Shown: one piece after another, positions 9,724 to 22,780 of the stretch
Position numbering within the stretch: position 1 is the stretch's first letter
How the letters are laid out: each line of letters opens with the position of its first letter
Origin: Desulfobacterales bacterium
GTDB taxonomy: Bacteria > Desulfobacterota > Desulfobacteria > Desulfobacterales > UBA2174
Assembly: GCA_963668645.2 (NCBI GenBank)
Contig: CAXXWC010000021.1
Location: 224,001-288,000, forward strand
DNA: 64,000 bases
Direction of reading: 5' to 3'
Notes under the pieces: model-generated
Told to the model about the DNA's origin: nothing
The model's input: the letters and a program-made list of their open reading frames with translations, nothing else
The model's database searches: none
Program-made: the position numbers and the translations under genes

Positions 9724-11085
9724 ATGAAACGGATACAACACCCGCAGGAAGTCATCAACCCCAAGCTGCTTCCCCCCGGGAGCCGGATCTATACCGCAGG
9801 AAACGCCGCCACCCCCCAGGTGCTGCTCGGCCAATTGGCCGACGACGAGGAGATCAACGGCGTGGAACTGCTCGGAATCTTACTGCTGGGCGAAATCGAG
9901 GCCCTGTTTTCCGAGGCCACCTGCCGGCGCATCACCCATCGCATCATCTTCAACGGGCCCGCTTCGCGGGATGCGGCCAACCGGGGGTGGGCCAAGTACC
10001 AACTCATGCATCTGTCCGACGTCCCCCGCCAACTAAAGACCCAGCTGCATCCGAACGTGGCGCTGATCGGTGTGGCCGGGCCGGACAATGGGGGCAACTA
10101 CAGCCTGGGCACCGCGGTGGAAGGCGTCCAGGCCGCCATCCGCGAAGCGCGCCGCCAGGGCGGCCTGGTCATCGCCGAACGCAACGCCAGCATGCCTTTT
10201 GTGCTGGGGACCACCGTACCGGTGCACATGATCGACTATCTTATCGACACCGACTATCCCCTGCCGATCAGCCCGGTTAAACCACCGGATGAAGCCGCCC
10301 GGCGCATCGGGCGGCTCATCGCAGAGCTTTACATCGAGGACGGGACCACGCTCCAGTACGGTATCGGCCAGGTGCCCGAAGCGGTCACCGACGCCATCCT
10401 GGCCAAAGGGGTGCAGGATCTTGGCATCCACACCGAACTGTTCGCTGACGCCATGCAGCGCCTGGTGGATGCCGGCGCCGTGACCAACCGGCACACCTTC
10501 ACCCATTCCAACTTTGCCATGTCGTCGCTTTTTCTGGCAGGCGACGCGGACGGCTACGCCTGGCTCGATTTCAACAGTTCTGTCCAGAGCCGCCCCTGCG
10601 ACTACACCAACAGCATCCTCAACATCGCCCGCGAGCCGAAAATGGTGGCCATCAACAGCGCCATCGGTGTCGACCTGCACGGCAACGTCTGGGCCGATTC
10701 GCTTCAGGCCCGTCGCATTTACAGCGGAGTGGGAGGCCAGTGCGACTTTCTGCGCGGTGCGGCCCTGTCTCCCGGCGGGGTGCCGATCATCGCCATGACC
10801 GCCCAAACCGGCAAGGGGATCAGTAAAATCGTGGACAAATGCCCGGCGGGGATCACCACCACCGCCATCGCCGCCGACCCGGTGGTCCTCGTCACCGAAT
10901 ACGGGGCCTTCGATCCGCGGGGGCTTTCGTTTGCCGAACGGGTGGTCGGCATCGCCCACCTGGCGGCCCCGGATGACCGGCAGCGGCTGCTCCAGCACGT
11001 CTACGACAGCCCGGAGTTCCATCACCCCCGCGAGTCGTTGCGCGACGGGCGTCCGAAAGGGTTCACACCTTACGAAGCGCTTTAA
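9724..11085 (+). CDS. Acetyl-CoA hydrolase/transferase family protein (4-hydroxybutyrate CoA-transferase-like)
   Basis: TLQYGIGQVP, LGIHTELF (catalytic Glu), INSAIGVDLHG, SGVGGQCDFLRGA, VTEYG. AAGGAGG RBS before ATG9724. Confidence 0.88.
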   Translation: MKRIQHPQEVINPKLLPPGSRIYTAGNAATPQVLLGQLADDEEINGVELLGILLLGEIEALFSEATCRRITHRIIFNGPASRDAANRGWAKYQLMHLSDVPRQLKTQLHPNVALIGVAGPDNGGNYSLGTAVEGVQAAIREARRQGGLVIAERNASMPFVLGTTVPVHMIDYLIDTDYPLPISPVKPPDEAARRIGRLIAELYIEDGTTLQYGIGQVPEAVTDAILAKGVQDLGIHTELFADAMQRLVDAGAVTNRHTFTHSNFAMSSLFLAGDADGYAWLDFNSSVQSRPCDYTNSILNIAREPKMVAINSAIGVDLHGNVWADSLQARRIYSGVGGQCDFLRGAALSPGGVPIIAMTAQTGKGISKIVDKCPAGITTTAIAADPVVLVTEYGAFDPRGLSFAERVVGIAHLAAPDDRQRLLQHVYDSPEFHHPRESLRDGRPKGFTPYEAL

Positions 11086-11235
11086 CAATCCGGGGCTGAA
11101 CGGTGTCTCGGGCCGCCATCGGGCTTTGCAGATGATTTTCGAAAGGCCCTCATCTTTTCCGAGGATGCAGCGCTTTTCGAAATCGTCCGTGCCTTGATTG
11201 AAGCAGAGATTTGATCCTGCAGATTTTTCAGGTCG

Positions 11236-12939
<1,704 letters not shown>

Positions 12940-13023
12940 TCATTTTAAAAGTGCGGTGGCGCTCCGCGGTCCCATGAAGATCAAAGACGAGTTGCGCGAG
13001 CGGCACCGCTCTGGGGCCTGGAT

Positions 13024-14340
<1,317 letters not shown>

Positions 14341-14378
14341 TCATTTATGACAGCGTCAGGGCATGCCGGCAGGTGAAT

Positions 14379-14412
14379 AGAAAAAGACCACTTCCGCTCT
14401 TGCGGAAAGTGG
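14379..14412 (-). terminator. Intrinsic terminator-like hairpin with U-tract upstream of eno
   Basis: Minus strand reads CCACTTTCCGC-AAGA-GCGGAAGTGG-TCTTTTTCT. Confidence 0.6.
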
Positions 14413-14440
14413 CTGAAGGACGGCGTGGCTGAAGGACGGC
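14409..14440. repeat. Perfect 16-bp tandem repeat (GTGGCTGAAGGACGGC x2)
   Basis: Copies at 14409-14424 and 14425-14440. Confidence 0.9.
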
Positions 14441-14447
14441 GCCGCGC

Positions 14448-14494
14448 TTGACAAATCAAGCGGCGATGGTACGCTGCTCGTCCGAGACTGTCAA
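14448..14494. promoter_or_regulatory. Overlapping divergent sigma70-type promoters
   Basis: Plus strand TTGACA(14448)-16-TACGCT. Minus strand TTGACA(14494)-17-TACCAT. Confidence 0.5.
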
Positions 14495-14521
14495 GAAACC
14501 TTGGAGACAAGAGGCGCTCTC

Positions 14522-14932
14522 ATGACCCGAATTTACCATCAAGGACACCTTGTGGTTGCCGCCATTCGCTTGTTGACCCATCGCGAAAATGTCCCCCCCT
14601 CCGTTGCGGCGGTGGCCACGATGTTGAACTTTTCAACCGAACAGGCCAACCGCATCTGCGTCAAGCTTCACGAAATGGGGATCATCGAACTGGTCGAGGG
14701 CGGGTTCGGAACGCGCCTTTTCGTTCGCAATCATACAGGCCTCGAAACCCTTCCCGACGACACCCAAACGCCTGCTTTCGCCGACGCGATCAAACAATTC
14801 CAAGAGGAACGTAAGGCCCTGACCCGCAAGGTCGACGCCATCCAGGCCGAACAGGCCGAAAAGAAAAAAGCCCTCTATGCGGAGCTGGAAAAACAGTTGC
14901 GCCTTAAAAAAGGAAGATCCTCCGCAGATTGA
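14522..14932 (+). CDS. Hypothetical protein with winged-HTH-like N-terminus and coiled-coil C-terminus
   Basis: PPSVAAVATMLNFSTEQANRICVKLHEMGIIE resembles a wHTH. Charged helical tail. GAGG RBS. Confidence 0.65.
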   Translation: MTRIYHQGHLVVAAIRLLTHRENVPPSVAAVATMLNFSTEQANRICVKLHEMGIIELVEGGFGTRLFVRNHTGLETLPDDTQTPAFADAIKQFQEERKALTRKVDAIQAEQAEKKKALYAELEKQLRLKKGRSSAD

Positions 14933-15018
14933 CCAGCATTTTTACCTTAACGCCAAAGTCCGCCGAATCGCAAGCCATCTTTCCACGCAGGCAGGGCAGC
15001 CAATAACCGGCGCCGGCC

Positions 15019-16989
15019 TCAGCGCAGCCCCAGGTTCCAATTCCACAAGCCTGGGCGCTGTTTTATCGAAACGCCTGCCGGCACCTTTTCGTCGAGACGC
15101 ACCAGCATCCGGTAGCCGACGCGGATCAAATCGTCCTCATAAGCGGACAGGTCCAGAATCCAGTTCGGATAGACCCAGATGTTGGCGCCATGGGCCACGG
15201 TCCAGGCCGCCTCGCCTTTGGGGCTGGTGAACGCCGTTTGCATCTTGAGATCCTCGTTTACGGTCCGCGCCAGGCACAGGGGCCAATGGCCGGACACGAC
15301 GATGCCCAAAAGGAGCCGGCTGCGGCCCGGCAGTGCCAGCAGATCCGCGGACCCGAGTTCCGGGCTGACGATGGCCCCACGGCATCCAATCTTTTCGACC
15401 GCCTCCAGAGCCAGGGGATTGGCCAGGTTGCAAAACGGGCCGGCCCACAAGGGGCATGGGATCTGCCTTGGAAAAAGAGCCCGCTGCCAGGGGGCGTTGA
15501 CCACGAATCCGCCGGCGCCGCGTTCCAGGGCGGTGTTCACCCACCCGGCCACCTGCTGTTCATCGTCCGGCCAGATCACCGGCGCCAGCCACCACCAGGG
15601 TGAGATGCCGCCGGGCAGTTGGTCAAGGGCCGCACCCGAAAGCCAGAGCGACTGCTGCCGGCCCCGCCGCGGCATCCAGCCGACAGCGGTCCGTGTCAGG
15701 GGCCAGTCCGGCCGCCGGCTTGAAGGCAGGCGGGCCACAAAGCTGGAATCCGGGGCCGTTGGCTCGGCAGGAGCCAGGCGTTTCCCCAGATCGGCGATCA
15801 TGCCGGCCAGGGCCGGTTCCCGGCGATCGATGACAAAAACGGGGGCCTCTTTGGGGGGCATACGGCCGCGGCCCGGACGAATATGATAGCGGCCGGCCTT
15901 GGGCACCGCCTTGCCGATGCGCATGACCATGTGCCAGGGATCGTCTTCATAGCCGATGCGGATCATGTCCCCGGCCATCAAGGGTTCGCGCGGCGACAGA
16001 AAAACACCGCCCTTGGCCTCTCCTTTAAGCCGTCCCACAAAAAGACCCGATGCCCCGGCCTCGCCCTGAGCCATGGGCTGCTGGGGTCGCTGGGGCAGAA
16101 AATGGTAGTGGGTTCCGGGTCGCCCCAAGGCCCGTTCGAGCAGGGCCAAGGCATCGCGCTTGGCCTGGGGGTCATGGCCCTGGTCGCGCAACAACCGATA
16201 GGCCATCACGGTGTAGTAGACGTAGTGGGGTCCTTTTTTGCGTCCCTCGATCTTCCAGGCCGCCACGTTTTCCACGGTCTTGAGCGCCTTGACCAGCACG
16301 TCCAGGCTCAGATCCTGGCAGGAGAAAAACCGCTCTGCGCTCTCCCCTTGGCTGTAGCGGCGCCGGCAGGGCTGGACACAGCGCCCCCGCAGACCGCTGC
16401 GGCCCCCCATAAAGCTGCTCCAGTAACAGCGACCCGAAATCGCGTAGCACAAGGCCCCGTGGATGAACACTTCCAGCTTCAACCCCGCCGGACAGCCGGC
16501 GGCCAGAAGGCGCAGCGCATCGATGGAAAGCTCCCGGGGCGCCACCACCCGATCCACCCGCCAAGTCTGGTGGACCAGTTCAAGGGCCTTGGGAAATGTC
16601 ACGTTGGCCAGGGTCGACAGATGCAGCTCTCCTTCAAAAGATGCCTGGCGCGCCAATTCGATGGCGGCCAGATCCTGGACAATCAGACCGTCGGGTTTCA
16701 CTTGACGCACCAGCGCTTTGATAATTTGTCCGGTGTCGTCCAGTTCGTCCAACCGCAGCAGGGTGTTTAGGGCCACGTAGACGCGGGTTTGGCGTTCATG
16801 CGCCAGTTGGGTTAAAGAGGCCAACTCCTCCAAAGAAAGATTTTTGGCCGCCATGCGCGCCGAATAGCGTTTAAAGCCGCAGTAGATCGCATCGGCACCG
16901 GCGGCCAAGGCGGCCAGAAAACTGTCGCGCTCCCCGGCCGGGGCCAGGATCTCGGGCTTGATGACTGAGTTCCGGGTCGCCTCATTCAT
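15019..16989 (-). CDS. Peptidase U32 family Fe-S protein (RNA hydroxylase, RlhA/TrhP-like)
   Basis: PEILAPAG, GADAIYCG, ELHLSTL, EVFIHGALCYAISGRC...RGRCVQPCRR cysteine motif, KIEGRKK. Confidence 0.88.
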   Translation of the reverse strand: MNEATRNSVIKPEILAPAGERDSFLAALAAGADAIYCGFKRYSARMAAKNLSLEELASLTQLAHERQTRVYVALNTLLRLDELDDTGQIIKALVRQVKPDGLIVQDLAAIELARQASFEGELHLSTLANVTFPKALELVHQTWRVDRVVAPRELSIDALRLLAAGCPAGLKLEVFIHGALCYAISGRCYWSSFMGGRSGLRGRCVQPCRRRYSQGESAERFFSCQDLSLDVLVKALKTVENVAAWKIEGRKKGPHYVYYTVMAYRLLRDQGHDPQAKRDALALLERALGRPGTHYHFLPQRPQQPMAQGEAGASGLFVGRLKGEAKGGVFLSPREPLMAGDMIRIGYEDDPWHMVMRIGKAVPKAGRYHIRPGRGRMPPKEAPVFVIDRREPALAGMIADLGKRLAPAEPTAPDSSFVARLPSSRRPDWPLTRTAVGWMPRRGRQQSLWLSGAALDQLPGGISPWWWLAPVIWPDDEQQVAGWVNTALERGAGGFVVNAPWQRALFPRQIPCPLWAGPFCNLANPLALEAVEKIGCRGAIVSPELGSADLLALPGRSRLLLGIVVSGHWPLCLARTVNEDLKMQTAFTSPKGEAAWTVAHGANIWVYPNWILDLSAYEDDLIRVGYRMLVRLDEKVPAGVSIKQRPGLWNWNLGLR

Positions 16990-17368
16990 GGTCTTGCTCC
17001 AGAAAAACCCGAAGGGTTGATTGATAAGGGCCTGCCCGAGCGGCTGAAGGCGCTCTATCCGCAGCAGGGCCAGACATGTCCTATCTTGAAATCCGGCACC
17101 TGGTCAACCGCCGGTGGCATCCAGCGATGAATGCGGGCCAAACCAGACCGAGTCCAACCGCGCTTTTTTTGCCCAGAATCGTGAGGGGGTATTCTCGCTT
17201 CAGCTTTTATCGGTGCGGTCGCCAGGTTCCGTTTTCTTTCCAACCGGATCCAGCCATTTAGGTTCACCAAGATTTGCCGGCATCAAACCCGGCGCCTTGC
17301 CCTAATCACGATCTGCGTTATAATAGGCCGCTCGTAACCGTGTCATTTCGAGGAAAGGACAACCGATC

Positions 17369-18124
17369 ATGAAAATCGCTGTCAGCGGCAAGGGCGGCGT
17401 GGGTAAAACCACGTTCTCGGCCCTGCTCATCCGAACCCTCAACGCCCAGGGCCGCAATGTGCTGGCCATCGACGCCGATCCAGACGCCAATCTAGCCGCG
17501 GCCGTGGGGATCGCCGATGCCCAGTCCATCGTCCCCATCGCGGAGATGAAGGAATTGATTTTCGAGCGCACCGGGGCCCAGCCGGGTACCATCGGCGGCT
17601 TTTTCCGCCTCAACCCCAAGGTGGACGATCTCCCCGACGCTCTTTCGGCCCGTCTGGAGAACATCAAGCTGATGCGCCTCGGGGGGGTCAAGAAAGGCGG
17701 CTCCGGGTGCATCTGTCCGGAGAGCACCCTGCTGAAAGCCCTGGTGACCCATATCGTCCTGGCTCGCAACGAAGTGGTGGTCATGGACATGGAGGCCGGC
17801 ATCGAGCATCTGGGCCGGGGGACGGCTCAGTCGGTGGACCGGCTCATCGTGGTGGTGGAGCCGGGCCGGCGCAGCATCGACACCGCCGGCCACATTCGCC
17901 ATCTGGCAGCCGAGATCGGCCTGCGCCAGATCAGCATCGTGGGCAACAAGGTCCGCTCGGATCAGGACATCGCTTTTCTTAAAAAACATCTGGCCGATTT
18001 TGAATTTATCGGAGCCATCCCTTATGACGATGCCCTCATCGAGGCCGACTTGAACGGGGCCTCGCCCTTTGACGTCGACAGTCGCGCCCGGGAAGAGGTG
18101 CGGTCGATGATCGACCGTCTCTGA
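17369..18124 (+). CDS. cooC: CooC/AcsF-type nickel-insertion ATPase (CO dehydrogenase accessory protein)
   Basis: MKIAVSGKGGVGKTT, IDADPDANL, GGSGCICPE (CxC), DMEAGIEHLGRGT. Upstream TTGCCC-16-TATAAT (17297-17324) and GAGGAAAGGA RBS. Confidence 0.88.
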   Translation: MKIAVSGKGGVGKTTFSALLIRTLNAQGRNVLAIDADPDANLAAAVGIADAQSIVPIAEMKELIFERTGAQPGTIGGFFRLNPKVDDLPDALSARLENIKLMRLGGVKKGGSGCICPESTLLKALVTHIVLARNEVVVMDMEAGIEHLGRGTAQSVDRLIVVVEPGRRSIDTAGHIRHLAAEIGLRQISIVGNKVRSDQDIAFLKKHLADFEFIGAIPYDDALIEADLNGASPFDVDSRAREEVRSMIDRL

Positions 18125-20265
18125 TGCCACCGCGGCGATTTCCCATCAAACGCCCCCCGGCCCGCCGCGACAGGGACCGGGGCCGCGAAGAACAACGCCT
18201 TAAACCGGGGGCCGACCGCAGACTCACGCGGCTCTTCGGCCAGATCGGGGTTCCCGAAGCGTCCCCCTTCGTGCCGGATCCTTTCCAGACCGAGGCCCTC
18301 AAGGCGGTGCAAAGCGCCGACTGTCTGGTCACCGCCCCCACCGGGGCCGGTAAAACATGGATCGCCGAGCGCGCCATCGCGCAGATTTTGAAAGCCGGGG
18401 GCCGCGCCTGGTACGCCTCGCCGCTCAAGGCCCTGACCAACGCCAAATATCTCGAGTTCGGCTCGGTTTTCGGTACCGGCGCCGTGGGCATTCTCACCGG
18501 GGACCGCAAGGAAAATCCCGATGCGGCTCTGATAACGGGGACCACCGAGATCCTGCGCAATCAGCTCTACGATGCCATGCACCAGGGGATCGACCTGAAC
18601 ACCGACATAGTGGTCCTGGACGAGGCCCATTTCATGGGCGAGCCCGAGCGCGGGGTAGTCTGGGAAGAGGTGATGATCTACCTGCCGGCGCGCATCCCGC
18701 TGCTGCTGCTTTCGGCCACCATCGGCAACGCCGGCAGGATCGCCGCCTGGCTCGAGGCCATCCGCGGCCGGCGGTGTGCGGCGGTGGAAGCCAAGGGACG
18801 CCCCGTGCCCCTGGCGACCCTTTTCCTGCATCCTTCGGGCACCCTGATGCCGCTGGTGGATCGATCCGGCAAATCCGGCCGCCCGCGGCTCTACCGCAAG
18901 GTCCACGAATATGCCGCCCAGCGCCGCCCGCCCCTGCTGGCACCGCCGCGGCGCCTGCCGCCCTTTGGCCAGATCATCCAGATTCTGGCCCGGTATGACC
19001 TGCTGCCGGCCATCTTCTTTCTCAAATCCCGGGCCGACTGCGATCATGCCCTGCACCTTTGCACTGAAATTGACGCCCAGCCAGATCAGATCGCACGGCG
19101 CCGGCAGCGCCTGAGGGAATTGACCGCGGCCAGCACCCACCTGGCGGATCATCGCCAGGGATCGACGATCGTCCGATGCGGGGTGGCGGCCCATCACAGC
19201 GGCCAGTTGCCCGTCTGGAAACTGGTGGTGGAAACCCTGATGAGCGAGGGGCTGCTCACCGCCGTCTTTGCCACCTCCACCGTGGCCGCCGGGGTCAATT
19301 TCCCGGCCCGTACGGTGGTCTTTCTCAATACGGACCGCTTCAACGGGCAGGAATTCATGCCCCTGACCCCGACCGAAATCCTTCAGATGACCGGTCGCGC
19401 AGGGCGCCGCGGCATGGATCGCATCGGATTTACCCTGGCCCTGCCCGGCCCATACATGGATCTGCGCCTGGCGGCCGAGCTGCTCTCGGCTCCTCCTTCT
19501 GACATCGTCAGCCAGGTTCGGGTCGATTTTGCCATGGTGCTCAACCTGCTCCTGTCCCACAGCCCTGCCCAGATCGAAGACCTGCTGCAGCGCTCGTTCG
19601 CCGCCTTTACCGCCCCTGGCGCCGGCCACCGGCCCGGCCGCAGCCCGAGCGCAACCCACCACCTGACAGGTGATTTCCGGCGGCATCTGGCATTTTTACA
19701 GGATCACGGATACGTGGAAAAAGATGGCACCCTCACCGAGGTGGGCCGCTGGACCTCCCAACTGCGGGTGGACCAGCCCTTGCTCATCGCCGAGGGGCTG
19801 CGGCGGGGGGTCCTGCGAACCTTTGATCCCTGCCTTCTGGCCGGCCTGACGGCCAGTTTTGTGCAGGAAAAAGAAAGCGGCGAACACTTTTCCGCAGCAC
19901 ACCAGAACGTGGATCTGATGCGCGCCTGCAACCGTTTGCAGCGCGCCCTGACCCCCTTTGCCCGCGAAATGATGGGCTGCGGTTTCAGCGTGCGGCCCCT
20001 CATGCCCCAGCCGGCTGCCACGGTCCATGCCTGGGCCGGGGGCCGGGACTGGGCCGATGTGCATGCGCGCTCGGAAATGGCCGAAGGCGACCTGGTGATG
20101 CTGATTTTGCGCACCGCCGACAACCTGCGCCACATCCGCAGTCTCAAAGCCCCGTTTCCTGAGACCGCCGCGGCCGCGGCTCTGGCCGTGGAACGGCTGC
20201 TGCGTGATCCGGTGGCCATGGCCTATGAAATGCCGCAGGATGGGCAGGCCGAAAAAGAGCAATAA
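18124..20265 (+). CDS. Ski2/HelY-like DEAD/DEAH-box RNA helicase
   Basis: APTGAGKT, SPLKALTN, DEAH, LSAT, FATST.AAGVNFPARTV, QMTGRAGRRG; DSHCT-like tail (EGDLVMLILRT). Confidence 0.9.
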   Translation: MPPRRFPIKRPPARRDRDRGREEQRLKPGADRRLTRLFGQIGVPEASPFVPDPFQTEALKAVQSADCLVTAPTGAGKTWIAERAIAQILKAGGRAWYASPLKALTNAKYLEFGSVFGTGAVGILTGDRKENPDAALITGTTEILRNQLYDAMHQGIDLNTDIVVLDEAHFMGEPERGVVWEEVMIYLPARIPLLLLSATIGNAGRIAAWLEAIRGRRCAAVEAKGRPVPLATLFLHPSGTLMPLVDRSGKSGRPRLYRKVHEYAAQRRPPLLAPPRRLPPFGQIIQILARYDLLPAIFFLKSRADCDHALHLCTEIDAQPDQIARRRQRLRELTAASTHLADHRQGSTIVRCGVAAHHSGQLPVWKLVVETLMSEGLLTAVFATSTVAAGVNFPARTVVFLNTDRFNGQEFMPLTPTEILQMTGRAGRRGMDRIGFTLALPGPYMDLRLAAELLSAPPSDIVSQVRVDFAMVLNLLLSHSPAQIEDLLQRSFAAFTAPGAGHRPGRSPSATHHLTGDFRRHLAFLQDHGYVEKDGTLTEVGRWTSQLRVDQPLLIAEGLRRGVLRTFDPCLLAGLTASFVQEKESGEHFSAAHQNVDLMRACNRLQRALTPFAREMMGCGFSVRPLMPQPAATVHAWAGGRDWADVHARSEMAEGDLVMLILRTADNLRHIRSLKAPFPETAAAAALAVERLLRDPVAMAYEMPQDGQAEKEQ

Positions 20266-20272
20266 GGCTGGG

Positions 20273-20899
20273 TCAGTTTGGGGTGTCGAGGTTCCGCGTT
20301 TCCACTTGGCCGCAGCACGCCGAAAAATCCCGCAGGGCATCGGCCAGTTCCTCGGGCCCCAAATGGTGGTCGGCATCCTGCGGATCCAGGCCCAACCCTT
20401 GGAATATCTTGGCCTCCAGGCATTCGGTTTCCCGCCACAGGGCGCGGATCCGTTCCTGCCGCTCCAGGCTGGTCCCGTACCGCTCCAGGATGTCCGCCAT
20501 GCGCCGGGGCATGGAAACGATGCGGTCGTGCATTACCCGTTTGTCGGCATAATTGATCAACTCGGTCTCTTGCAGGGGACCGCCGGCATCGAAGGCCTCC
20601 AGGGCCACATGCTGGGCCACGAGGCGCCCCACATGTCCGAATCCCAGCGCCTCCAGGTAGGCTTGGCCGGACAGGGCGTGATTTTCTCCGGTGGCAAAGC
20701 TGCGGGTCTTGGTAATGTCGTGCAGCAGCGCGCCGGCCTGCACCAGCTGGCGGTTCAACCGTTTCCCGCCATGACCGTTTGCAGCGTCACAGATCCACAG
20801 CGCCACCCGGCTGACCTGGATCGAATGGGCCGCGATATGGGGCATCATCTCCATGGCGGCCATCATCCGATAGCATTCATGACGTGAAGGTATTTCCAT
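20273..20899 (-). CDS. HD-domain (HDIG) metal-dependent phosphohydrolase
   Basis: HIAAHS..V, GALLHDITK, NHA, QHV, INYADKRV. Confidence 0.85.
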   Translation of the reverse strand: MEIPSRHECYRMMAAMEMMPHIAAHSIQVSRVALWICDAANGHGGKRLNRQLVQAGALLHDITKTRSFATGENHALSGQAYLEALGFGHVGRLVAQHVALEAFDAGGPLQETELINYADKRVMHDRIVSMPRRMADILERYGTSLERQERIRALWRETECLEAKIFQGLGLDPQDADHHLGPEELADALRDFSACCGQVETRNLDTPN

Positions 20900-20941
20900 A
20901 GCACTTCAAAAAATTGAAATTTTTATCGTTGTTCCAGGCAG

Positions 20942-21322
20942 TTAGCCAGCAGCACAGATGGCAGACACCTCGACGCTGACATCCTTGGGCAGGCGGGCCA
21001 CCTGAACGCATTCGCGAGCCGGCGGGCATTGGACGAAGGTCTCGGCGTAGATCGCGTTAAACTGGGAGAAATCTTCCATATCCTTTAAAAAACAGGTGCA
21101 TTTGACCACGTTGGCCACCGTGAAACCGGCGGCCCGGATGATGGCCATCAGGTTGGTCAAAACCTGGCGCGTCTGGGCTTCGATGTCGCCATCGATCAGT
21201 TCCCCGGTAACTGGGTCCACGGGTATCTGGCCGGAGACGAAAAGCAGGTCTCCGCAACGCACCGCCTGGCTGTAAGGTCCGATAGCAGCCGGTGCGTCGG
21301 GAGTGTCGATAATCGTATGCAT
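20942..21322 (-). CDS. ridA: RidA/YjgF family reactive intermediate deaminase
   Basis: APAAIGPYSQAV, LFVSGQIP, NVVKCTCFL, PARECVQVARLPKDVSVEV. Confidence 0.92.
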   Translation of the reverse strand: MHTIIDTPDAPAAIGPYSQAVRCGDLLFVSGQIPVDPVTGELIDGDIEAQTRQVLTNLMAIIRAAGFTVANVVKCTCFLKDMEDFSQFNAIYAETFVQCPPARECVQVARLPKDVSVEVSAICAAG

Positions 21323-21436
21323 GACAAATTCCTTTCTTTGGCAATCGGTTTTTGAAGACAGCTTAACGCAAAAAAAAAAGTTTTGGAACCGGAGGGGGCA
21401 AAAAGTGAAATGGGGTCAACCGCTGCATGGCCTCTT

Positions 21437-21465
21437 TTGACAGCCGCATTTAAGAAAGATATGCT
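21437..21465 (+). promoter_or_regulatory. sigma70-type promoter TTGACA-17-TATGCT for the PAS gene
   Basis: Consensus -35 at 21437-21442, 17-bp spacer, -10 at 21460-21465. Confidence 0.55.
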
Positions 21466-21577
21466 CCTTGCGGTACCGAAACGCCTGACCGGCGGCGCCT
21501 TGCGTCCCGGTGCGCCGGGGGCTGCGCTGATGTGTCGAAAGCACGCCTGACACCCTCCAACGAAAGGATGCAACCAA

Positions 21578-22694
21578 GTGGCCGGGAAAACGCAATTCCC
21601 AGCATACGAAAAAAACAGACTCCGCCCCACGGGACGCCTCGGATATCTACGAACACGAGGAAAAAGGGATCGTCCAGACCCTGTCGGAGGAGTTCCAGCG
21701 GCTCGCGGACCGGTCCCAGGATGCGATTTACCAGTTCGATCTGGGGTCACAGACCTTCACCTTCTTTAACAAATACTTTCTACAAGTCTATGGCACGGAC
21801 AAGAAAAGCGGCAAGACCCTTTCGATCGAAAACGTAATCTCCCGCATCCACCCCGATGATCGGCTTCGCGCCCAGGCCGCCCAGCGGGACACGATCAGAA
21901 GCGGCGGCCGTGAGGGGGAAATCGACTACCGGATCTTGAATGAAGACGGTTCGATCCAATGGGTGGAGGACAAATGGACGATCATCCGCGATGCCGCCGG
22001 TTATGCCATCGCCATCGAAGGCTTCATCCGCGACAATACCCGCCGCAGACAGGCCGAGGATGAATTCATCCTGAGCATCCAGAACTCGCCTATCGGCTGT
22101 TATATCGTCCAGGATGCAAAATTCGTTTTCGTCAATCCAGAGTTTATGCGCATCACCGGCTATAGTGAAAGCGCCCTTCTCGGGACCTATCCACTGGACA
22201 TCGTCCATCCGGACTACCGGGAGTATGTCCGGGCCAGTTTTATCCGCATGCTGAAACGGCAGATAGATTTTCCATACGAATTTCAAATTGTTGACCGAGA
22301 CCGCCAAATCAAGTGGATCGCGGAAACCGCCACCCCGATCCGGTTCAAGAACCACAGGGCCGGGCTTGGCTATTTCATGGATATCACCAAACGTAAAACG
22401 GCCGAACAGGAGATTCTGGAAAAAGAAAAACTGAAAGCGATCCTGGAATTGGCCGGCGCGGTGGGGCATGAACTGAACAACCCGCTGCAGGTCATCGTGA
22501 CCTGCTCGGAGCAATTGAAGAAAGCCGCCCCGCCAGACCCGCAAAGCGGCAAGCTCTACCGCTTGATGGAGAAGAACATTCAGTTGCTCAAGAAAAAAAT
22601 CAACAAGATCCAGAACATTACCCGCTATGCGGCCAAGGACTACGTTCAGGGACAGAAGATTTTCGACATCGATGCGGGCTCGGATGAAAATTAG
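21578..22694 (+). pseudogene. PAS-PAS-HisKA sensor protein without HATPase domain; apparent frameshift in the A7 run at 21609-21615
   Basis: The frame of ORF 21936-22694 is open back to 21531 without a start codon and encodes the start of the first PAS (EEFQRLADRSQDAIYQFD...RIHPDDR). RBS GAAAGGA plus GTG21578 joins this frame if one A is removed. H-box AVGHELNNPLQVI near the C-terminus. Confidence 0.65.
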
Positions 22695-22780
22695 CGCTTT
22701 TTCCAAAATGCGACTTCAACCTGCAGCGGATCTGCGGTGTGGATCTCGGGCCGATGGGCGATAAAGCAAACCAAGTCTCG

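Noticed and set aside
14409..14440. Direct repeat as a possible CRISPR remnant
   Set aside because: Only two 16-bp copies, no spacer, no cas genes.
16990..17296. Long intergenic region as a possible riboswitch or ncRNA
   Set aside because: No known riboswitch consensus or convincing structure recognised by eye. An Infernal/Rfam scan would be needed.
18022..19686. 554-aa minus-strand ORF
   Set aside because: Antisense shadow of the helicase.
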